Below, piece by piece: positions 10,012-18,239 of a DNA stretch of 64,000 nt (positions within the stretch are counted from its first letter, which is position 1; each line of letters opens with the position of its first letter). Source of the stretch: an uncultured Clostridia bacterium (GTDB lineage Bacteria > Bacillota > Clostridia > TANB77 > CAG-508); contig CAKPNJ010000007.1 in NCBI GenBank assembly GCA_934168365.1, positions 2,963-66,962 on the forward strand. The letters run 5' to 3'. The position numbers and the translations under genes were made by a program. The notes beneath the pieces were generated by a model that did no database searches, had not been told where the DNA came from, and worked only from the letters and a program-made list of their open reading frames with translations.

Positions 10012-10040
10012 ATTAAACTTAAGAAAAGGTGAAGTAACAA

Positions 10041-13000
10041 ATGTATTTAAAAAGAATAGAAATGCAGGGATTTAAATCTTTTGCAGATAAAACAGTATTA
10101 GAATTTAAACCAGGAATTACAACAGTAATTGGACCAAATGGTTCTGGAAAAAGTAATATATCAGATGCAATCCGTTGGGTATTAGGAGAGCAAAGCATGA
10201 AGTCTTTAAGAGGCGCAAAATCTGAAGATATCATTTTTGCAGGAACACAAGCAAGAAAATCATTAGGCTTTGCAGAAGTATCAATTGTAATTGATAATAA
10301 TGATAATAAACTTCCTATTGAATATTCAGAAGTAACAGTTACAAGAAAAATATATCGTAGCGGGGAAACAGGTTACTTTATAAACAAGGTTCCTTGCCGT
10401 TTAAAAGATATTTTAGAACTATTTATGGATACAGGTATTGGCAAAGACGGGTATAGCATAATAGGGCAAGGTAAAATTGATGAGATTTTAAGTAATAAAT
10501 CAGAAGATAGAAGACACATTTTTGAAGAGGCAGCCGGAATAGTTAAATATAGAACTAGAAAGCAAGAATCAGAGAAAAAGTTAGAGCAAACAAAATTAAA
10601 TTTACTTCGTATAAATGATATATTAGCAGAAATCGAAGCAAATATTGAGCCTTTGAAATTGCAATCAGATAAAGCAAAACAATTTTTAGATTTAAGAGAA
10701 GAACTTAAATCTATTGAGGTTGGGCTATTTATATATAACATCAATACATATAAAGAAAAGCTAGAACAACTTGTAAAAGATGAAGATATTATTGCTTCTC
10801 AAAAAGAAGCGGAAGATAGCAAAATGGAAGCTCTACAAGCTTCTAAAGAAGAATTAAGACAAGTTGTAGATGATATTACAGCTCAAATTGAAAATATGCA
10901 AAATATAGGGTTTGAAAGTTCAAATAAAATAGAAAAAATAAACTCTGAAATAGGGATATCAAATGAAAGAATACAAAACAATACTGCAAATAAGCAAAGA
11001 CTTGAAGCTGAAATATTAGAAGTAAAAAGCAGAATAGAAGAACTAAAAGAAGAACAAAGACAAAAATTAGAAAAGAAAACAAATTTAACATCTAATAAAG
11101 AAAAGTTTGAAAAAGAGTTAGCAGAAAAAGAGGCAGAACTTGCAGAATTGTCAAAAAAATTATCTGCTAAAGAATTAGAAATAGAAGGCAAAAAGCAAAT
11201 TGTTCAAGATAATATAGACAAAAAATATGAATTGGCAGCAGAAATAAATACACAAGATGTTAATTATGAGAACTTAGAAAAACGTAAAAAGCAACTAAAA
11301 AATGAAATTGATTCAGTTATATCTGAGTTAGATTCTACAAGATATGGTAAAAATGAAATTTCAAAAGGATTTTATGATATAGAATCAAAAAGAAATATTG
11401 CAGTAGAAAAGCTAGAGAAGAGTGTTCAAGCAAAAGAACAAAATATGCAAAAACTAAAACAATATGAAGATGAAATTTCAAAACTTACATATACACAAAG
11501 AATGAAACAAGCAAGACATCAATTCTTAATTGAAACTGAAAAAGAAAAAGAAGGATATAATAAAACAATTAAATCTTTATTAGTAGCATGTGATAAAGAC
11601 TCAAATTTAAATAAAGGAATTCATGGTGTTTTAGCAAACTTAATTTCAGTTGAAAAAGAATATGAAACAGCAATTGAAATGTGTTTAGGACAATCACTAC
11701 AAAATATTGTAACATCAACAGAACAAGATGCAAAGAAAATGATCGAATATTTAAGGACAAACAGATTAGGAAGAGCATCATTTTTACCAATAGCTTCTGT
11801 TCAAGGCAAAAAGCTAGATAAACTAACAAAAATGGATGGAGTAATTGGAATTGCATCAGATCTAGTAAAATGCAAAAAAGAATATGAGCAAATAATTTTA
11901 AGCTTATTAGGACGAACAGTAGTTGTTGAGGATATGGACACAGCTATTGCACTTGCTAAAAAAGATAAATATTCATTTAGAATAGTAACTCTAAAAGGTG
12001 ACATCATAAGTTCTAGTGGTTCTATTTCAGGAGGAAGTGTACAAACTAAAACAGTAAATATTTTAGGAAGAAGTAGAGAAATTGAAGACTTAGAAAAAGA
12101 ACTTAAAAAACTAGAAAAGCAAATTGCTGACAAAACAGCAGAAAAAGAAGAGTATGCATCATCTATTGGAGATAGTATTGAACAAACTGCAAAACTTGAA
12201 AAAGAATTACAAGAAATTGAAATAGTATATGCAACAGAAAAACAAAAAATGGTTGCAGTTGAAGAAAATATTACTCGTTTGGAAAATAGGCTAGCTAAAT
12301 TAAAAGAAGAAGTTACACAAACAGAGAAACAAAAAGAGGAAAATAGACTTTTAAAAGAGCAAAAAGAAGCGGAAATACAAGAACTAACACAACAAATAGA
12401 AGAGTTAAACAAGGTAATAGAGGAATTTGCACTAAATAACAAAGATAATCAAAAATATATTGATGATTTGAATTTTGATATTACGAATTTAAAAATATCT
12501 GTTACATCTTTTGACGAAAGTGAAAGCTCAATTGAAGAAATGGTTGAAAGAATTTCACAAGATATTAAAAATAATGAGCAAAGTATTGAAAATAAAAATC
12601 AAAATATATTAGCAATAAATGAAGAAAATGCTAAACTAGAACAGACTATTACAGAGTATAATGCTCAAATAGAACAAATAAAACAGGAAGTAACAAATAG
12701 TGGAACTAAAGTTGAAGAGCTAAAACAAGAAAGAATTGCTAAAAATGAAAAGCTAGTAAATACAGAAAATGAAATTCAAAGTCAATTTTCTACATTAGAA
12801 AGTTTGAAAGAGCAAATTATAAAACTTGATGTTAAGAAAACAAAATTAGAGCAAGATTTACAACAAGTGGTTGATAGTTTATGGAATGAATATGAACTAA
12901 CACCAAATAGTACAGAAGAATATCAAAAGCCTAATAATGTAGCAACAGCACAAAAACAAGTAAATAGTTTGCGTAATAAAATAAAAGACTTAGGAAGCAT

Positions 13001-13583
13001 AAATATTGATTCTATTGAAGAATATAAAAAGACTAAGGAAAGATATGACTTCATGTCTGAACAACGTTTAGATTTGGAAAATACAGCATCTAAACTAAGA
13101 AAAATTATAGGCGATATGACAACAACAATGCAAAATCAATTTAAAGAAAAATTTGAGCTTATAAATAAAAACTTTAATGAAGTATTTACAGAATTATTTA
13201 ATGGTGGAAAAGCAGAGTTAATATTAGAAAATGAAGAAAATATTTTAGAATGTGGAATTGATATTAGAGTTCAACCACCAGGCAAAAAACTTCAAAACAT
13301 GATGTTATTATCAGGTGGGGAAAAGGCATTTACAGCCATAGCACTATTATTTGCAATATTAAAAATAAATCCAGCACCATTCTGTATACTAGACGAAATT
13401 GAAGCTGCATTAGATGATGTTAATGTTTACAGATTTGCAGAATATTTAAAGAAATTCTGCAAACAAACACAATTCTTAGTAATAACACATAGAAAAGGAA
13501 CAATGGAAGCAGGAGACTCAGTATATGGTGTAACTATGGAAGAAAACGGAATAAGTAAGCTATTATCAATTAAATTAAAATAA
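10041..13583 (+). CDS. smc: chromosome partition protein SMC
   Basis: 1180 aa. N-terminal Walker A (GPNGSGKSN), long coiled coils, a hinge, and C-terminal LSGGEK and Walker B motifs. Confidence 0.95.
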   Translation: MYLKRIEMQGFKSFADKTVLEFKPGITTVIGPNGSGKSNISDAIRWVLGEQSMKSLRGAKSEDIIFAGTQARKSLGFAEVSIVIDNNDNKLPIEYSEVTVTRKIYRSGETGYFINKVPCRLKDILELFMDTGIGKDGYSIIGQGKIDEILSNKSEDRRHIFEEAAGIVKYRTRKQESEKKLEQTKLNLLRINDILAEIEANIEPLKLQSDKAKQFLDLREELKSIEVGLFIYNINTYKEKLEQLVKDEDIIASQKEAEDSKMEALQASKEELRQVVDDITAQIENMQNIGFESSNKIEKINSEIGISNERIQNNTANKQRLEAEILEVKSRIEELKEEQRQKLEKKTNLTSNKEKFEKELAEKEAELAELSKKLSAKELEIEGKKQIVQDNIDKKYELAAEINTQDVNYENLEKRKKQLKNEIDSVISELDSTRYGKNEISKGFYDIESKRNIAVEKLEKSVQAKEQNMQKLKQYEDEISKLTYTQRMKQARHQFLIETEKEKEGYNKTIKSLLVACDKDSNLNKGIHGVLANLISVEKEYETAIEMCLGQSLQNIVTSTEQDAKKMIEYLRTNRLGRASFLPIASVQGKKLDKLTKMDGVIGIASDLVKCKKEYEQIILSLLGRTVVVEDMDTAIALAKKDKYSFRIVTLKGDIISSSGSISGGSVQTKTVNILGRSREIEDLEKELKKLEKQIADKTAEKEEYASSIGDSIEQTAKLEKELQEIEIVYATEKQKMVAVEENITRLENRLAKLKEEVTQTEKQKEENRLLKEQKEAEIQELTQQIEELNKVIEEFALNNKDNQKYIDDLNFDITNLKISVTSFDESESSIEEMVERISQDIKNNEQSIENKNQNILAINEENAKLEQTITEYNAQIEQIKQEVTNSGTKVEELKQERIAKNEKLVNTENEIQSQFSTLESLKEQIIKLDVKKTKLEQDLQQVVDSLWNEYELTPNSTEEYQKPNNVATAQKQVNSLRNKIKDLGSINIDSIEEYKKTKERYDFMSEQRLDLENTASKLRKIIGDMTTTMQNQFKEKFELINKNFNEVFTELFNGGKAELILENEENILECGIDIRVQPPGKKLQNMMLLSGGEKAFTAIALLFAILKINPAPFCILDEIEAALDDVNVYRFAEYLKKFCKQTQFLVITHRKGTMEAGDSVYGVTMEENGISKLLSIKLK

Positions 13584-13585
13584 GA

Positions 13586-13625
13586 AAAAGAATGTCATTT
13601 AAATTTAAATGGCATTCTTTTTAAT
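13586..13625. terminator. bidirectional intrinsic terminator
   Basis: Hairpin AAAGAATGTCATTT/AAATGGCATTCTTT with flanking A/T runs. Confidence 0.55.
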
Positions 13626-14378
13626 TTATTTTATTTCAGTTCCGCCCCATTCTACAACAGTATAACCATTACGTATAACAGAAGTAAGAACTTGCTCTTT
13701 TACATCTATTGAGTTATCAAGTCCTTTCCATTCCATCATTATTCTAATCAATGTGTCTGGAGAAGGTGTAACTAACAATGGCATGTTTTCCTCAATTTCA
13801 TTCATAGTTTGAAATCTAATATATACATAATCTTTTTGTTCTAATTTTGGTAACCAGTAAATAATAAATTCTTCAGATTCTTTATAATTTAAACCAAGAA
13901 TAGCTAGTTTTTCTTCTAAGAAGTTAGCGACATTTTCTTTACTTACAACAAAACCTTCTGTTAAATTACCATTATATTTTTTAGTATTATCAGATTCATA
14001 ATATAGAGAATAATACTTTTTATTTGTTTTGGTATCAATCAATGTTCCATTAGGTTGAGCAGTGACATTCCAGCCATTATTATAACTTGGGTATATACAA
14101 GTTATTTTATCTTCATAACCTAATTTTACAGAAACCTCAGTTTCTTGTTCAGGGTAGATATAAATTACAGGTTTGTCTATGCTATTTGACAAAGTAAAAT
14201 AAATTTTTAAAAATAAACCGAAAAATGCCAGTACTACCATAGCAACCCCAATAATAATTATTTTAGTTACAATAGAATTATGTTTTTTCTTGTTAGGAGT
14301 ATTAGAATTCTCTTGTTTTTGATTCGAGTTATCTGATGTAACTTCTGTTTTAATATCATTTTCATTATTATTTTCCAT
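13626..14378 (-). CDS. hypothetical membrane-anchored protein. N/K-rich cytoplasmic N-terminus, one TM segment, then an extracytoplasmic domain.
   Basis: ORF with an AGGAG RBS and a single predicted TM segment (IIIIGVAMVVLAFFGLFL). Confidence 0.55.
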   Translation of the reverse strand: MENNNENDIKTEVTSDNSNQKQENSNTPNKKKHNSIVTKIIIIGVAMVVLAFFGLFLKIYFTLSNSIDKPVIYIYPEQETEVSVKLGYEDKITCIYPSYNNGWNVTAQPNGTLIDTKTNKKYYSLYYESDNTKKYNGNLTEGFVVSKENVANFLEEKLAILGLNYKESEEFIIYWLPKLEQKDYVYIRFQTMNEIEENMPLLVTPSPDTLIRIMMEWKGLDNSIDVKEQVLTSVIRNGYTVVEWGGTEIK

Positions 14379-14392
14379 AGTATAAATTCTCC

Positions 14393-15913
14393 TTATCCAA
14401 TTTTTTTATCATATTCTTCTAATGCTTCTAAAGCATATTGGGTATCTGTCAAACAAGGTAAATATTTTTTTCCATACTTTTGTCTTGTTTCATTACCTTT
14501 TCCAGTAATTAAAACAACACTATTAGGATTATCTAAAATAGCTTCTTTTATAGCTTCTCCACGGTCTTCAATAATTTTGTAATTTCCATGTTCTTTAGCA
14601 ACATATTCAGCAATTTCTTTACAAATATCAACAGTTTCCTCTGGACCAGGATCTTCCGCAGTTAAATAACTAATCTTTGAATGAATACCAGAAAGTGTAC
14701 CTAAATCTCTTCTACGAAGCTGAGCTTTTCCACCAGGGCAACCAAATACTGTAATTATATTTTTATCAGGATATTCTTGCTTAGTAGACTCGTACAACTT
14801 TTGGAAACTTAATTTATTATGCGCATAATCAACAATAACAATAATATTTCCATCTTTACTAACATGTGCTTCCATTCTACCACTAGCTCTAGCAACTTTT
14901 AGTCCATTGTAAATGTTCTTAAATGGAATGTCTAGAACCATTGCAGTAGCAATTGCAGCTAGTGCATTTTCTACATTAAATAATCCTGGCATTGTTAGTA
15001 ATATTTCTTCATCAAATTTAGATGTTTTAACTCTAAAAGAAATTGATGTGTGAGTTAATTTTTTAATATCATAAGCAAATACATCAGCTTTTTCATTTTT
15101 TGTGCTAAATGTAATAATCTTTTTAGATTTTTGTGCATTTTCTAAAATACGGTCAATATAGTCTGAGTCTAAATTTACACAAGCATTTTCAACTTGATCA
15201 AAAAACTTTAATTTAGAAGCAAAATAGTCTTCAAAATTAGGGTGCTCAATTGTACTAATATGGTCTTCAGAAATATTTAAAAATACTCCAACTTTGTATA
15301 AAACATCATGAACTCTGTCCAACTTTAATGCTTGACTACTAACTTCCATAACTAAATTTTGCATTTTGCAATCAACAGCATTTGCAATATGTTCTTGTAA
15401 ATCAATAGATTCAGGACTTGTAATCAATGATTCTTTACATTCCTTACCATCATATGTGTCAATAGAAGAAACAATTGCAGTATCTGGTAAATTGTGTTCT
15501 TTCATATAATCGTCTAAAATGCTTTTTATGTAATAAGCAGTTGTTGATTTTCCTTTTGTACCAGTAAGACCAATCATATTTATTTTATCAGCTGGAAAAT
15601 CATAATACATACAAGAAACGGCAGCTAAAGCTTTCCTTATATCATTTACAACAATATGTGGAAAATCTGGGTCTGTTACATTTTCAGGTTCTGAAATATA
15701 TGCAGTAGCACCTCTTACAATTGCTTCATTTAAGTATTCAGGTTTATAATTTAAACCTTTACAAATATATAAAGTGTTATTAGCAACTTCTTTTGAATTA
15801 TGTTCTAGTTTTTCAATTGAAGTATTTAATATACTATCACATAAGCAAACATCTTCCACTAAATTTTCTTTTTTTAAGATATCAATATAATCCTTTAATA
15901 AATAACGTTTCAT
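14393..15913 (-). CDS. murE: Mur ligase family protein, MurE-like. The DNPN motif suggests the L-lysine-adding type.
   Basis: GLTGTKGKSTT P-loop, Mur ligase middle and C-terminal domains. DNPN rather than DNPR near the C-terminus. Confidence 0.75.
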   Translation of the reverse strand: MKRYLLKDYIDILKKENLVEDVCLCDSILNTSIEKLEHNSKEVANNTLYICKGLNYKPEYLNEAIVRGATAYISEPENVTDPDFPHIVVNDIRKALAAVSCMYYDFPADKINMIGLTGTKGKSTTAYYIKSILDDYMKEHNLPDTAIVSSIDTYDGKECKESLITSPESIDLQEHIANAVDCKMQNLVMEVSSQALKLDRVHDVLYKVGVFLNISEDHISTIEHPNFEDYFASKLKFFDQVENACVNLDSDYIDRILENAQKSKKIITFSTKNEKADVFAYDIKKLTHTSISFRVKTSKFDEEILLTMPGLFNVENALAAIATAMVLDIPFKNIYNGLKVARASGRMEAHVSKDGNIIVIVDYAHNKLSFQKLYESTKQEYPDKNIITVFGCPGGKAQLRRRDLGTLSGIHSKISYLTAEDPGPEETVDICKEIAEYVAKEHGNYKIIEDRGEAIKEAILDNPNSVVLITGKGNETRQKYGKKYLPCLTDTQYALEALEEYDKKIG

Positions 15914-15930
15914 AAAACTATCCTCTCAAA

Positions 15931-17154
15931 TTAAAAAGTATATTTTCTGTATTTTTTAACATAATTTCTATCTCTCATAAAAAGATATTTTCTTCTACTA
16001 AATGGCATATCTTCAGCATAACGAAGAGGTCTAACAATATTGCCAATTCTATCGATTTCAGCTTTTAAATTATCACTTGTTACATATTTTTTGATAACTG
16101 ACTTAGGAACAAAACTTAAAACTACATTGTTTTTTACAAGTTCAAATTTGTTATTATCTAAACTATTGTAAAACAAATCATCAATTAACAATTTAACTAA
16201 GTTATGACCACAAGCACAGAAGTAATAACCACTTCTAGACTGCCTTGGATTAACCTCAAAAACTTTATACTTTTTATCACGTATATCATATTTTAAGTCA
16301 AATTCAGCAAAGCCTTGATATCCAATAGACTCCAAAAAGTCTTTTAATTTGTAAATCAATTCTTCTGGATAACCATATTCTGAATAACCATTAACAAGTA
16401 CAGTACAATTTCCAATTCCAGTAGGAGTATGCTCTTGAAGTCCTATTTGTGCAAAAGTAGCAAGTTTTGCTTTTTTGTCTTTACCACAATAAAATAAACA
16501 ATCATGTAGTGCAGTATCATCACCAGGAATGAACTCTTGAATGATTAAATTTCCTTTATAACCTGCATTTTCGATCTTTTTAATAGTATCTTCTAATTGT
16601 TGCTCATCATATAGTTTATACACCTTAGCTAGTCCATCAATTTCGTGATAAGTAACACCATCACTAGGCTTTATAATCAAAGGATAATTTTGAAAATGTG
16701 CTTTTACACTTTCAATAGATCCTGAACCATCACAAGGGTAAATATATGTGCATGGAAAATCAAGTCCGCTATCTTTATATACATCATAAAATGTTTCTTT
16801 CACCAAAAGTGTATCCATAAGCTCTTTTGAAGAATAATTGAAAACATAATATTTACTTAGAGCATCTTTATTTTCTGCAATAAGACTAACATAACAGTCA
16901 TTAGTTCCAATTAACAAAATCTTTTCATCTTTATTTAAATTTTGTTTTTCTGCATATTCAATTAAAGAATTAACAAAAGTGTCTCCTTCGATTAAATTAG
17001 GTATAATATTAACATTAGTAATAGTGCTAAGTGAAGTAAAGCTCATAGCAACTCTACCAATCAAATCAACTTTCTTATGATAAATTTCATGATAACATCT
17101 TGCCATATAATAGGCATTTATATCAGTTCCGACAATTAAAACTTTTGGCTCCAT
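15931..17154 (-). CDS. ATP-grasp carboxylate-amine ligase (D-aspartate ligase-like)
   Basis: ATP-grasp signatures (IIKP...G, EFIPG, FEVNPR). Adjacent to the Lys-type MurE. Confidence 0.65.
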   Translation of the reverse strand: MEPKVLIVGTDINAYYMARCYHEIYHKKVDLIGRVAMSFTSLSTITNVNIIPNLIEGDTFVNSLIEYAEKQNLNKDEKILLIGTNDCYVSLIAENKDALSKYYVFNYSSKELMDTLLVKETFYDVYKDSGLDFPCTYIYPCDGSGSIESVKAHFQNYPLIIKPSDGVTYHEIDGLAKVYKLYDEQQLEDTIKKIENAGYKGNLIIQEFIPGDDTALHDCLFYCGKDKKAKLATFAQIGLQEHTPTGIGNCTVLVNGYSEYGYPEELIYKLKDFLESIGYQGFAEFDLKYDIRDKKYKVFEVNPRQSRSGYYFCACGHNLVKLLIDDLFYNSLDNNKFELVKNNVVLSFVPKSVIKKYVTSDNLKAEIDRIGNIVRPLRYAEDMPFSRRKYLFMRDRNYVKKYRKYTF

Positions 17155-17296
17155 AATATTTCTCCCATCTATATAAATTTGCTAATATTTTATATCAAAA
17201 TACACCAAAATGCAATAGAAAAATAAGTGCAAAAGTTTTTGTTGAAATTTGTCTGATTACGGTATATAATAATAAACGAAAATAGGGAGGACGTTT

Positions 17297-18148
17297 ATGT
17301 TTGGATACAGATCAGACGGAAGAAAGTTAAGGGATATTTCGCCATTTTTTAAGATTATTCCGCAAGTAATGAGAACAAGGAGTGACTCACAGGTTTATTA
17401 TACTTATGATATGCCTATAAAAGAAATTGATAATTATATTGATAAAAAAGCTGAAGAAAACATTAAAATTTCATACATGGACATAGTATATTCAGCATTA
17501 GTAAGGCTTATGGCACAAAGACCAAGGCTTAATAGATTTGTTATGAATGGAAGAACTTTTGCTAGAAATGAAATATTTATTTCACTAGCCATAAAAAAGA
17601 GTTTAACTGACGATGGAATAGAAACCACAATAAAATTACCATTTACCGGTAAAGAAAATATTTTTGAAATAAAAGAAAAACTAGGGAATGTTATTAATGA
17701 AAATAAAAGTGTTAAGAAAAATAACGAAACAGACATATTAGCTACAACATTGTCAATAATACCAAATTTTCTTTTAAAGTTTGCTATAAATACTATCATG
17801 TTTTTAGATAAACATGGAATGTTACCTAAAGCTGTAATAAAAGCAAGCCCATTCCATACAAGTGCATTTTTAACAAATGTTGCATCACTTGGAATTGATG
17901 CAATATATCACCATTTATATGACTTTGGAACTACAGGAATATTTTTAGCAATGGGGAAAAAGAAAAAAAGCTACATATATGATGATGATACTTTTAAAGA
18001 GGAAAAATGTATATCACTTGCCTTTGTATGTGACGAAAGAATTTGTGATGGATACTATTTTGCAAACTCTGTAAAGTTATTTAACAAATACCTAAAAAAG
18101 CCAGAGCTATTAGAAGAAAATATAGAAAAAGTAGAAGACTGCAAATAA
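17297..18148 (+). CDS. 2-oxoacid dehydrogenase acyltransferase (E2 catalytic domain)-like protein. The active-site DHR is replaced by DER.
   Basis: C-terminal LAFVCDERICDGYYFA resembles the E2 DHRxxDG motif. It has no lipoyl or subunit-binding domain. Confidence 0.55.
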   Translation: MFGYRSDGRKLRDISPFFKIIPQVMRTRSDSQVYYTYDMPIKEIDNYIDKKAEENIKISYMDIVYSALVRLMAQRPRLNRFVMNGRTFARNEIFISLAIKKSLTDDGIETTIKLPFTGKENIFEIKEKLGNVINENKSVKKNNETDILATTLSIIPNFLLKFAINTIMFLDKHGMLPKAVIKASPFHTSAFLTNVASLGIDAIYHHLYDFGTTGIFLAMGKKKKSYIYDDDTFKEEKCISLAFVCDERICDGYYFANSVKLFNKYLKKPELLEENIEKVEDCK

Positions 18149-18182
18149 ATGTAAATACGAAAAAGTATTTACATTTTTTTTA
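18147..18182 (+). terminator. intrinsic terminator
   Basis: Stem ATGTAAATAC/GTATTTACAT followed by a T-run. Confidence 0.6.
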
Positions 18183-18239
18183 CATAAACCAAGTATAAGC
18201 ATCATATAATTAACTAACTTAAAACAAAGGAGGATAATT

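Noticed and set aside
10373-12442. Several long antisense ORFs (10373-10744, 10876-11191, 11569-11856, 11801-12442) inside smc
   Set aside because: They are low-complexity S/F/L-rich translations of the reverse strand of the K/E-rich coiled-coil coding sequence. They have no RBS and overlap a well-supported essential gene.
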